From NCBI GenBank assembly GCA_005223125.1, contig NJBH01000045.1, forward strand, positions 1 through 24,889: 24,889 bases of DNA. The letters are read 5' to 3'. Within the stretch, counting starts at the first letter, position 1. Each line of letters begins with the position of its first letter. Both the position numbers and the translations under genes were made by a program. This DNA comes from Promethearchaeota archaeon Loki_b32 (lineage in GTDB: Archaea > Asgardarchaeota > Lokiarchaeia > Sigyniarchaeales > SOKP01). Positions 1 through 8,927 of this stretch are shown here, piece by piece. The notes beneath the pieces were generated by a model. The model was not told the DNA's origin and searched no databases. It was given only the letters and a program-made list of their open reading frames with translations.

Positions 1-1381
1 ATTCACCAAATCCTTCTGGATTATTGAAACCAAGTCCTGGCATCATCCACCTTGGATTTGATTTTCCATATTCTCTTACTATTTGGAATAGGTCCACTTC
101 TTTAATTTTTGGGGAGATATAAAACTTCGGTTTTAACAAATTTGCTCCATTCTGTATTACTCCATCTTGTTCAGCAATGAGTTGAAGAGAAGTATGAGGA
201 TAGATTCTCATCCCAATAAAGACAATTACGTCTCCATCTCCTTGCCATAAATTCCCTTTAAAGCTTTCTATATTCTCTAACCTATCAAAAGAGGATCGGA
301 TAGTTTCAAGAGTTTCCCCTGGCCCTCCAACGATAATATGAATTAGTTGTTCAATTTCTAAATCAACACATTTTTTTGATGTAAGAAGTGCTTCATCTGG
401 GGATCTACTTTTATTCATATTTTTCAACATCTGCTCTGAGAGTGATTCAATACCCGTTGCTAGATGTGTGGCACCACTTTCTTTCATAAGAGGCATTAAA
501 TCAATAAAATTTTTACTCGGAACGTAGTTCGCACCCCAATTGACATCAACTTCACTCTTAATAATTGCTTTACAAGTTTCCTTTAAATGATTATAGTCTA
601 AATTGAAGACACTATCTACGATAAAAATGTTTTTTATACCATAGTTGTTTACTATTAAATCAAGTTCTTCAGCAATACTTTCAGGAGACCGATAACGAGG
701 ATTCGACCCTTCAATATATCTATAGCTACAATAGATGCAATTCATAGGGCAACCGCGTTTAGTTTGAATATTTCCCCAAAAGGGACCCATTTTATTCATG
801 GGATCTATAAAATAAGCATCATTTTCCAATAGTTCTCGAGTGGGAAAAGGTAGATCATTTAAATTCTCCACTCGCCATGGTGGTTTTTGATGATACTCGC
901 CATTTGCATCTATGAAGCAGATACCCTTTCTAATTTTTCTTGGGTCATCATCATTCTTAACATACTTTAAGATTTCAGCAAAAACATATTCACCCTCACC
1001 AACAACTCCAATGTTATGATTTAAATCCCTAAGAATTTCTTCTGAAAAAATAGAAAATCCAGCACCACCTAGAATTATTGGAATTTCTGGTTCTGCAATT
1101 TCTTTAATATAATTAATAATGTTTTTGACTGGTAAGTAAAAAAATAAATTCCCGGGATAAGTTGTTGAGTCCACATTACGAATTGAAATTCCGATTATTT
1201 GAGGATTGAAATCATTAATAACTTTTGAAACATCTTTCTTGTAATCATCGCTAAGGGTTAAATCAATAAGCTTAACTTCATGACCTTGATGAAGAAGGTA
1301 AGCTGCGAGATATGCTTCTCCAATTGGAGGAACCATGACATGTATTAACTCTCTGCTTCCAGAAAATATTAATACACGCAT
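1..1381 (-). CDS. B12-binding (class B) radical SAM protein, truncated at the window edge; resembles the lipid-biosynthesis B12-binding/radical SAM type
   Basis: Not in the ORF track; translated by hand from ATG at 1381: MRVLIFSGSRELIHVMVPPIGEAYLAAYL...IIGISIRNVDS...IILGGAGFS...VVGEGE...QTKRGCPMNCIYC...IFIVDSVFN...GIESLSEQML...GGPGET...GMRIYPHT. The frame stays open to the window edge and AGGTG lies at 1390-1394. Confidence 0.9.
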   Translation of the reverse strand, partial: MRVLIFSGSRELIHVMVPPIGEAYLAAYLLHQGHEVKLIDLTLSDDYKKDVSKVINDFNPQIIGISIRNVDSTTYPGNLFFYLPVKNIINYIKEIAEPEIPIILGGAGFSIFSEEILRDLNHNIGVVGEGEYVFAEILKYVKNDDDPRKIRKGICFIDANGEYHQKPPWRVENLNDLPFPTRELLENDAYFIDPMNKMGPFWGNIQTKRGCPMNCIYCSYRYIEGSNPRYRSPESIAEELDLIVNNYGIKNIFIVDSVFNLDYNHLKETCKAIIKSEVDVNWGANYVPSKNFIDLMPLMKESGATHLATGIESLSEQMLKNMNKSRSPDEALLTSKKCVDLEIEQLIHIIVGGPGETLETIRSSFDRLENIESFKGNLWQGDGDVIVFIGMRIYPHTSLQLIAEQDGVIQNGANLLKPKFYISPKIKEVDLFQIVREYGKSNPRWMMPGLGFNNPEGFGE

Positions 1382-1389
1382 TATGTTCA

Positions 1390-1394
1390 CACCT
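1390..1394 (-). promoter_or_regulatory. Shine-Dalgarno AGGTG for the gene starting at 1381
   Basis: AGGTG 8 nt upstream of ATG; matches the archaeal anti-SD consensus. Confidence 0.6.
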
Positions 1395-1460
1395 AATTTG
1401 TAATTATTTATTTACTTTTTTTAATAATGAAACTCTTTTATCTTATTCAATTAATTCAAT

Positions 1461-2843
1461 TTAATCTTTTGTAACAACTTCAACTTCATGGTCATGATCA
1501 TTTTCATGCCAACAAAATGGAAATGATCCAAAGAAGTCGCCTGTAATATACTCTGCTGTTACTCGACATCCTCCACCACAATACTTTAGGTGATGGCACG
1601 ATGCACACTTTCCATTAATCTTTTTTCTATCACGGATATCCTTGTATAGCTGTGAATTTAATACATCTTCAAAATTATCCACTAATGCGTTTCCAAGTGT
1701 CAATGTTGTAGGATATCCGGCTGGGAATATTGTGCCATCTATACCAATACCCATCATCGTTCGACAAGCCAAACATCCTACACCCCATTCAATTACAGCC
1801 ATTTCCTTATCGTTTTCAGGTTCTTCCATAAATGGTACCATATCATAGATTTCATAAGCAGGTAAAGTGCCAGCTTTGCCTTTTCTTATCGTTTCAATGG
1901 CATGTTTGTATTTAAAATTGTACATTTTTTTATATTCTTCTGTGCTGAGACCAATTTCATCCCAAAACTCAGCAGCTCGATTTTGCTTAACAACACATCT
2001 AAAATATGGTTGAGAACCCCATTTTTCCGATAATGCTTTGAGTTCTTCTAACTCATTTACATTATGTTTCATAATAGTGATTGAAGAACATACAAAAATT
2101 CCATATTTTAAACATAGATCTATTGCTTTCTTAGCATAATCTAAGGAATTGGGAAACCCACGGATCTCATCATTTTTCTTGGGATCTGCACTATCAAAAC
2201 TTACAAATATATGACTGATATTGTTCTCCTTGCACATTTTGACGAAATTCTCGGTAAAACTGACACCATTGGTAATTAAAGCATGAATGTAATCCATCTC
2301 TTTGCAAAATTTCATGATCTCGCCGATATCTTTACGTAAAGTAGGCTCACCACCGAACCATACGAAACAAGCATGCCTACCTTGTTTTCGCAAACCAGTT
2401 TCAACGTTTTCTAATATCTGACACCACTGTTCGGTTGATAATTCAGGTCGTAATACCTGATCATCCGCAGCACAATGAATACATTTTTGATTGCATTTAT
2501 CAGTAACATACATAGCAAAATGAATATTTCCTGGATGAAAACCCCTTTCCAGCTTTTGCCAAGAAACCTGTAGTCTATCTTTTATTTCCTTGAGTTCAAT
2601 GTATCGCTCAACATCTATTCCTAATGATGTCAAATCTTCAACCATTATGGGTTTAAAAGCTTCGGGGATGATATCAAATATGCCTGTAACCACATCAGCA
2701 TCATTAATATAAGCCCCATTCCGTTCGATACATCTTTTTTCAGCAGCTTTTATTATCATCGGCTCAACTGAGGGTCGAAATCCTTGAGGCATTTGTTCTA
2801 CTATTCTTCCAAATAGTTCTTCCGTCTCTTTTTCCCATTCCAT
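1461..2843 (-). CDS. Radical SAM/SPASM protein (NirJ/AhbC/AhbD/PqqE-like superfamily) with an N-terminal helical PCP_red/DUF2621-like domain
   Basis: CNQKCIHC (CxxxCxxC), WFGGEP and ITNG motifs; SPASM CASCHHLKYCGGGCR...PFC; N-terminal extension of about 85 aa; full-length paralog of 2856..4223. Confidence 0.9.
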   Translation of the reverse strand: MEWEKETEELFGRIVEQMPQGFRPSVEPMIIKAAEKRCIERNGAYINDADVVTGIFDIIPEAFKPIMVEDLTSLGIDVERYIELKEIKDRLQVSWQKLERGFHPGNIHFAMYVTDKCNQKCIHCAADDQVLRPELSTEQWCQILENVETGLRKQGRHACFVWFGGEPTLRKDIGEIMKFCKEMDYIHALITNGVSFTENFVKMCKENNISHIFVSFDSADPKKNDEIRGFPNSLDYAKKAIDLCLKYGIFVCSSITIMKHNVNELEELKALSEKWGSQPYFRCVVKQNRAAEFWDEIGLSTEEYKKMYNFKYKHAIETIRKGKAGTLPAYEIYDMVPFMEEPENDKEMAVIEWGVGCLACRTMMGIGIDGTIFPAGYPTTLTLGNALVDNFEDVLNSQLYKDIRDRKKINGKCASCHHLKYCGGGCRVTAEYITGDFFGSFPFCWHENDHDHEVEVVTKD

Positions 2844-2849
2844 AAATAT

Positions 2850-2855
2850 TCACCT
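2850..2855 (-). promoter_or_regulatory. Shine-Dalgarno AGGTGA between the two SPASM genes
   Basis: Minus strand reads TAA-AGGTGA-ATATTT-ATG across a 12-bp gap, suggesting translational coupling. Confidence 0.7.
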
Positions 2856-4223
2856 TTATACACAATCTTCATGGGTGTGGTCATCTTTATGCCAACAGAA
2901 AGAAAGTGATGCTAAAAAGTCTCCTGTTTCGTTTTCTGCGTGAACTCTACAACCACCTCCACACATTTCGAGGTGGTGACACGTTGAGCATCTGCCTTTT
3001 ATTTTTCTATCTCTGATAGCTTTAAACATTTCTGTTTCCATAATTTCATCAAAGTCTTGCTTCAATACATTACCCAAGGTTAATTGGGAGGGATAATCAC
3101 AAGGGAAGAAATCTCCATTAACATCAATACCCGAGACAGAACGACATGCTTGGCATCCTACACCCCATTCTAGTGCTGTACGTTCCTCATCATTACGAGG
3201 ACATTCCATGAAAGGTACCATGTCGTAAGTGTAAACCTTATTTAAGAAAGATGCTTCCCCTTTTCGAATCGCATCAACAACATGTTTAAATTTAAACTCA
3301 TAAAATTTGCGATATTCATCATAATCCAATCCTATTTCGTCCCAGTTTTTCTCAGCAGTACGCTGCTTAATAACCGCTCTGAAATAAGGAATTGCACCAT
3401 ATGAGTCTAATTTTTCTTTTATTTCTTCTAATTCATCGAAATTCTCTTTTTGAACTGTTGCGGTACAAATGACAAGGTGACCATATTTCAATGCCAGTTT
3501 AATTGCTTTCTCCGCTGCTTCACCTGCTTTTGGAACGCCTCTAATTTTAGTTGCCCTTTCTGGATAAACACTATCATAACTAATAAAAACATGATGCATT
3601 TTGACATCAGCACATAATTTCGCCAATTCCTCATCAAAGAGCATGCCATTTGTAGAAATAGCTTGATAATATCCTTTGTCACCACAATATTTTATTAATT
3701 CCTTAAGATCCTTACGAAGAGTTGGTTCTCCACCAAACCATATATAACAACCTCGTCGACCCCGTTTTCGTAATGTTTGTTCAACATTTTCGAGAATTTG
3801 AATCCATTGATCAGTTGAGAATTCTGGTCGATGATCCATCAATTCTGCAGCACAGTGAAGACATTTCTGATTGCATCTGTCAGTTAAATACATAGTAAAA
3901 TGATAGACTCCAGGGGCCCAAGCGCCTCCTATCTCATCCCATGTACGTGCATATTCTTTCCTAATTGCCGATAATTTCACATAGCGTTCTGTATCGATTC
4001 CAATTGTCTTCAAATCTTCAACTACGGTTGGCTGAAAAGCATCTGGTGTTATTTCGAATAAAGCAGACAACAAATCATCCTTGCTTATAAACCCAGAATT
4101 CCTAAGCAGTGCTGTTTTTTCAGCAGCCTCACGTAACATAGGTTTAACAGAAGCTCGAAATGCTTCAGGAGTTAAATCTGTGATTTTCACATATAAATCT
4201 TCAATTTCTTTTTTCCATTCCAT
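2856..4223 (-). CDS. Radical SAM/SPASM protein, tandem paralog of 1461..2843
   Basis: CNQKCLHC, WFGGEP and STNG motifs; SPASM GCQAC...GDFFPC...CSTCHHLEMCGGGCR...FC; same N-terminal domain as its neighbour. Confidence 0.9.
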   Translation of the reverse strand: MEWKKEIEDLYVKITDLTPEAFRASVKPMLREAAEKTALLRNSGFISKDDLLSALFEITPDAFQPTVVEDLKTIGIDTERYVKLSAIRKEYARTWDEIGGAWAPGVYHFTMYLTDRCNQKCLHCAAELMDHRPEFSTDQWIQILENVEQTLRKRGRRGCYIWFGGEPTLRKDLKELIKYCGDKGYYQAISTNGMLFDEELAKLCADVKMHHVFISYDSVYPERATKIRGVPKAGEAAEKAIKLALKYGHLVICTATVQKENFDELEEIKEKLDSYGAIPYFRAVIKQRTAEKNWDEIGLDYDEYRKFYEFKFKHVVDAIRKGEASFLNKVYTYDMVPFMECPRNDEERTALEWGVGCQACRSVSGIDVNGDFFPCDYPSQLTLGNVLKQDFDEIMETEMFKAIRDRKIKGRCSTCHHLEMCGGGCRVHAENETGDFLASLSFCWHKDDHTHEDCV

Positions 4224-4230
4224 TATAATT

Positions 4231-4235
4231 ACCTC
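4231..4235 (-). promoter_or_regulatory. Shine-Dalgarno GAGGT for 2856..4223
   Basis: GAGGT 7 nt upstream of ATG. Confidence 0.6.
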
Positions 4236-4322
4236 ATATTGATTTCTTAATTTCTTTTAATTGATTTAATTTAAAGTTCAAATTGTTTATTTTTACAAAA
4301 TTATAGAGTAAGATTATCATCT

Positions 4323-5021
4323 TTATCCCTCCTGTTGAAAAGGTTTAGTTAAGTGTGAAATAGTAGTTTGGGGATAAAGATATTGATTTATTGAAATGTT
4401 ATACAATTTTTCAATATCAGAATGATAACAAAATTGTTGAAAGTATGAATTTTGATGTGCTAAAAATGTTTGTGATAATTTTACATTGTTATAAATATTA
4501 CTTTTATACTCTTCCTCTACTAAACAATAATAAAAATATTCATGAATTAGACTTTGATTCTTTTTAGATTTAATATTTAAAACTACTTCATCAAATGGAA
4601 TTCTCGATTCTTCTCTTAATCCAAAAAGTATGACTGAACCTTGAGATAAATCGTAGATTTGATTGTTAGATCCAACATCAAGAGACTTTTGATAATTTTC
4701 CTCTAAACATACCTTTATAAAATAATGATAAGCGCTTCTTTCAGCTAAAGCAACAAGGTTTATAATAATGATAATGTCAATTAAAAATCCAGAGCTGAAT
4801 GGGAAAAATTGAATTTTATCAGGTAAAAACCAAAAAATATTGCTAGAAGGCAAAAAGGGAAGGAAAATTGAACTTCCTGATGTAATATAATCGTTGAAAA
4901 TAGAAATTAAGTAGGGAATATCTCTTAAAAACCCATAAATAAATGTAATTGGGATACATACAAAAAAAAAGATTAAAATCAATAAATTTTTTGATATAAA
5001 TAGCTTTTGAGTATAACGCAT
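4323..5021 (-). CDS. Hypothetical protein with hydrophobic N-terminal segments
   Basis: 232-aa ORF filling the gap between radical SAM genes; about 2 hydrophobic stretches; no recognisable motif. Confidence 0.45.
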   Translation of the reverse strand: MRYTQKLFISKNLLILIFFFVCIPITFIYGFLRDIPYLISIFNDYITSGSSIFLPFLPSSNIFWFLPDKIQFFPFSSGFLIDIIIIINLVALAERSAYHYFIKVCLEENYQKSLDVGSNNQIYDLSQGSVILFGLREESRIPFDEVVLNIKSKKNQSLIHEYFYYCLVEEEYKSNIYNNVKLSQTFLAHQNSYFQQFCYHSDIEKLYNISINQYLYPQTTISHLTKPFQQEG

Positions 5022-5337
5022 ATTTGATATTAATTATTGTTAAGTAGGATATATTATCTCTCTAAAGAAATTTCACAATGTTATATTTTTAACTATAAAG
5101 CTGACTTATATTTAAAAATTACGGCTGAAGTAGGAAATGATATAAAATTATAATGAAAAGCAAATTCAATGACTTTTAATCTAAGGATTAATTCACCATA
5201 AAACCATGCAAAAATTTAATTTATAATCAAAGAAGGTTTTATTTTTATCATTATTTGAATATTTCAAAATAATTTTAAACTGTTTTGAATATTCCCTCTC
5301 ATAGGAGCTTAAATCCATCATAAAGGTATCAATAATT

Positions 5338-6750
5338 TTGCGTGTACTACTAGTAAAACCGGATAATCCAAATGTTTACAAGCATGGGCCTCAAGCAAGC
5401 ATTGTGTATCCCCCATTGGGATTGGAATACATAGCAGCGAATATCGATGATATTGCCGATGTACGCATAATTGACAGGCGTACTAAATCATTAAATTTAA
5501 ATGTATTCAGTAAAATTATCGAACAGTTCCAGCCGGATTATGTTGGAATTAGTGTGAATTATAGTTCTCAAATTTATGTATCTCACAGAATCGCTAGCAT
5601 AGCGAAGACTTATGGTTCCCGAACAGTTGTAGGGGGGTGGCACCCAACACTGGTGCCTAGTGAAACACTAGAGTTCAAATCATTCGACATTGTAGTAAGA
5701 GGGGAGGGAGAAATTACTATGCGTGAGCTAATACAAAGTGACAGTCCAATTGGAGTTGCTGGATTATCGTATAAGCGGAATGGAAAACAGATTCACAATC
5801 CTGACCGGGAATTGATTGATTTAAAGCACATTCAGTCTCCAAATCGTCAGTTTCGTTCAGCATCAGCAAAGAAAACCTATAATTTTTTTGGTTTCCCAGT
5901 TGACTCCATTGAAACCGGTCGAGGCTGTCCATTCACATGCAATTTTTGCTGCATCCCTTATTTCTATAAAAAAACATACCGACGGCGTGCAAATCAAGAT
6001 ATCATTAATGAGTTACAATCTTTTGAGATTAAAAAGAGATCAAGTATCGTTTTCATTGTTGACGATAATTTTATAGTGGATAGGAAATCGGTAGTGGAAT
6101 TATGTGATGCAATCATTAGAAACAGCATTAAAAAATATTTCATAACTCAAGCCCGTGTTGATACGATTGTGAAATATCCTAAAATTTTTGAGAAGATGGC
6201 AGATGCGGGATTTTTTTACTTGTTTTTAGGATTGGAAAGCTTCTCAGATCAAACATTGGAAAAGCTCAACAAACGAATTGGATTCAGCCAGATCAAGTTA
6301 GCAATAAAGATACTTCACGATCTTGGATATATCATTCAAGGAAACATTATATTAGGTGCAAACATCGAAGATACGAATCAAGATCTTGAATCTACGATTG
6401 AGATCGCGAAATCATTAGATATTGATATACCCACCTTTTCCTTAATGACTCCCTTTCCCGGGACGAAGCTAATGGAACAAGCATTGAAAGAGGATTTATT
6501 GCTCACTAAGGATTGGAAAGATTATAATTGGTCAGTACCTGTTCTTAAGTATCAAAATTTATCATCAGATGACTTGAACTATTATTTAACTAAGGCTAAC
6601 GAAGAATTGTTGTCTTTTAAAAAAGCTATGTCAGGAATTAAACGATTCATTAGATCACGGGGATTAAGTTATCACACTTCACGTATAAGTCCAGTTGATA
6701 TATTTAACGTGGTCTTCCAGATATTAAAGAACTTAAAAACTTTACTTTAA
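5338..6750 (+). CDS. B12-binding radical SAM protein (BchE/HpnR/Grs-like class B)
   Basis: TTG start; YPPLGLEYIAA, VVGGWHPT, VRGEGE, ETGRGCPFTCNFCC, FIVDDNF, QARVD, LGLES and MTPFPGT motifs. Confidence 0.9.
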   Translation: MRVLLVKPDNPNVYKHGPQASIVYPPLGLEYIAANIDDIADVRIIDRRTKSLNLNVFSKIIEQFQPDYVGISVNYSSQIYVSHRIASIAKTYGSRTVVGGWHPTLVPSETLEFKSFDIVVRGEGEITMRELIQSDSPIGVAGLSYKRNGKQIHNPDRELIDLKHIQSPNRQFRSASAKKTYNFFGFPVDSIETGRGCPFTCNFCCIPYFYKKTYRRRANQDIINELQSFEIKKRSSIVFIVDDNFIVDRKSVVELCDAIIRNSIKKYFITQARVDTIVKYPKIFEKMADAGFFYLFLGLESFSDQTLEKLNKRIGFSQIKLAIKILHDLGYIIQGNIILGANIEDTNQDLESTIEIAKSLDIDIPTFSLMTPFPGTKLMEQALKEDLLLTKDWKDYNWSVPVLKYQNLSSDDLNYYLTKANEELLSFKKAMSGIKRFIRSRGLSYHTSRISPVDIFNVVFQILKNLKTLL

Positions 6751-6790
6751 AATTAATAATACAATTACAAATCTTTATTTTTCTCTTATC

Positions 6791-8275
6791 TTAAGTTTTT
6801 CGGCCTGTTGTGAGGTGCATAAGTGCCGTACTTAAAAAGAATAGCTTATTTGCATTAAGTATAGAAGTGCTAGAAAAATGATCTGTGTTATAATTTATTA
6901 CATTATAAAAAAATGAATTCTTAGATCGTTTAAAAATATCTGCAACCTTCAGAAAAGAATTATATTTTAATTTAATACCAAATGTCTTAGGGGATTTATA
7001 AGCAGGAGACCCGGGGAAAATGTGATATGGCTCACTCATTATTGTTATTGGTTTCAAATTAGATTTTCCATATTTCAAAAGACAGTTCATCGCAAACTCA
7101 AAATCTTTGAGAACATCAAAACGGGTCTGGAATGGAAAACCAATTGTTAACCATATTCTTAATGTCATTCGGAATAAATTCGCATTTTTAATTAATTCTA
7201 GAACTTGACTTTTGGGAAATTTAAACGTCGGATCACAGAATTTAGTAATTTTTTGTTGAACTCTTGATGACAATGTTCGAGGAGAAATACTAATTGAAGA
7301 ATATCTACGAGAAAAGGTCTTGTAAAACACTTTCCACATTTCTTTAGGAAAGGGTAAGCGCCATATCTCTAAGTCCCCGCTAATATCTAATTTTTCTTTT
7401 TGTATCAATCCAAATAGTTTTTTCCAATATTTTAAATTGGCAGGATAAGTGCCATGCCCAAAAAAAACACTTGAAATTTTAAACTTGTTAAGGATGTTGC
7501 TGATATCTTCTACCACCTTTTCTGGACTTCTAAGAACAACTTCCTTGCGACCCGAGATATATTCTTGAGCTCTTTGACCTCCACCACAATAAGGACAATT
7601 AAAAGGGCAACCTCTTCCTATGGGAAGATTGAATGCGATTCCCATCATTTGTCTACTACATTCAAAGTATTGTTTTGCATTTTTTAGAAGTGATACATTT
7701 GTAAAATTTAAGTTATCCAAAGTTTTTGCTGCATAGGTAAGAGAATTAACCTTTATTTGTTTAGAGGAATCTCGATAAGATAAATTAGGAACGGAATCTA
7801 ATGATTGATTTTTTTTGACACTTTGAACATATTTTAGAAGTGGAACTTCACCTTCTCCTCTAATTATACCATCCACAGCTTTATAATATTTTAAAATTTG
7901 ATTATGGTAATATGACGCACTATAACCTCCAAGAATTACCTTTGCATTGGGATTTACCTTTTTTACGATTTTAGCAACTTCAATAGCACCATGAGCATTA
8001 TGTATCCAATGTAAATCGATTCCACATACATCAAAATCAATATTTTTAAGAAAATTAGTTAATTCCCAATTACGATTTAGGTATTGCTCTAAAGGATAAT
8101 TTATTATTTTAACTCCAAAACCTTCTTTCTCAAGGAAATCTGCGATAGCAAAAACACCCATTGGGATGAAAATAAATGAACCTCGAACAAATTTAGCGTT
8201 TTTACCATATTCTGGTTTTAAAACTCTAGGTGGGTGAATAAAAATTACATCGTAATGCTTCAAGATAAATACCAT
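6791..8275 (-). CDS. B12-binding radical SAM protein, reminiscent of the Ta0216-type family
   Basis: DVIFIHPP, GIDLHWIHNAHGAIEVAK, ILGGYSAS, IRGEGE, GRGCPFNCPYCGG and IFPGSP motifs. Confidence 0.85.
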   Translation of the reverse strand: MVFILKHYDVIFIHPPRVLKPEYGKNAKFVRGSFIFIPMGVFAIADFLEKEGFGVKIINYPLEQYLNRNWELTNFLKNIDFDVCGIDLHWIHNAHGAIEVAKIVKKVNPNAKVILGGYSASYYHNQILKYYKAVDGIIRGEGEVPLLKYVQSVKKNQSLDSVPNLSYRDSSKQIKVNSLTYAAKTLDNLNFTNVSLLKNAKQYFECSRQMMGIAFNLPIGRGCPFNCPYCGGGQRAQEYISGRKEVVLRSPEKVVEDISNILNKFKISSVFFGHGTYPANLKYWKKLFGLIQKEKLDISGDLEIWRLPFPKEMWKVFYKTFSRRYSSISISPRTLSSRVQQKITKFCDPTFKFPKSQVLELIKNANLFRMTLRIWLTIGFPFQTRFDVLKDFEFAMNCLLKYGKSNLKPITIMSEPYHIFPGSPAYKSPKTFGIKLKYNSFLKVADIFKRSKNSFFYNVINYNTDHFSSTSILNANKLFFLSTALMHLTTGRKT

Positions 8276-8396
8276 ATATATTGAATAAAGCTTGGCTTAC
8301 AATACTACATAAAAATTAATGAGTCTATTATTAACTAATTCATATTAGATTTATAACCCAAATAATTTTATTTAAAAAATTAAATTCTTCACAGAG

Positions 8397-8927
8397 TTAA
8401 TTATTGCTATTTATTATTTTTGAGTTCTGAGTTAATATTTGATTGTTCCCTTTTAAATAATTCATTATATCCTTTATATGGTATAATTTGTACTTTACTA
8501 AAATAAATATTACAAATAAAAATCCCATGATTTCTGTGATTAGTATAAATGGATTTTTTAACAAAGTTAATACCCAATTTTGTAAAGGGTCCTCAAGATA
8601 AGTAAATTCATAAGAAATAAAAGGATAAAAAAGCGGGACATGAGGAATATCCAATATTATATGAATAATTAGGCCAATAAGAAAGGAAAATGAAATGTAT
8701 TTATTTCTTTTAGAGGATAAATAAACGATTGAGAAGCTTATAATTAAAAATAATAAATTATGAGAAAAAAATCTCCCATTTCCAAAACCAAAAAGAAATA
8801 AAGGCTTATCAACTATATCTGGAAGTAAGGATCCAACCAATAAAAAAAATCTGTTAATTTTTAGTTTCTTTAATTGTGGTATTTCAGTCAATAATAAGGG
8901 TAAAGCTGCATGAAATATTGGATAAAT
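8397..8927 (-). CDS. Membrane-bound metal-dependent hydrolase (YdjM/DUF457-like); start probably upstream of the track's TTG at 8891
   Basis: GSLLPDIVDKP, RFFSHNL and HIILD motifs. The in-frame upstream extension (I)YPIFHAALPLLL supplies the family's first conserved His. Confidence 0.75.
   Translation of the reverse strand: MYPIFHAALPLLLTEIPQLKKLKINRFFLLVGSLLPDIVDKPLFLFGFGNGRFFSHNLLFLIISFSIVYLSSKRNKYISFSFLIGLIIHIILDIPHVPLFYPFISYEFTYLEDPLQNWVLTLLKNPFILITEIMGFLFVIFILVKYKLYHIKDIMNYLKGNNQILTQNSKIINSNN

Noticed and set aside
1461-4223. Naming the SPASM pair ahbC/ahbD, nirJ or pqqE, or the B12 enzymes grsA/grsB or bchE
   Set aside because: Only superfamily-level motifs are visible, the extra domain is atypical and no pathway partner genes are present.
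5022-5337. Possible RiPP precursor peptide for the SPASM enzymes
   Set aside because: The + strand ATG ORFs I read here are 8 codons or fewer, no credible peptide was seen, and the enzymes lack an evident RRE. A precursor outside the window cannot be excluded.
1-8275. Radical SAM block as a mobile genomic island
   Set aside because: It looks slightly less AT-rich by eye, but no integrase, transposase, tRNA or flanking repeat is visible and I could not quantify composition.
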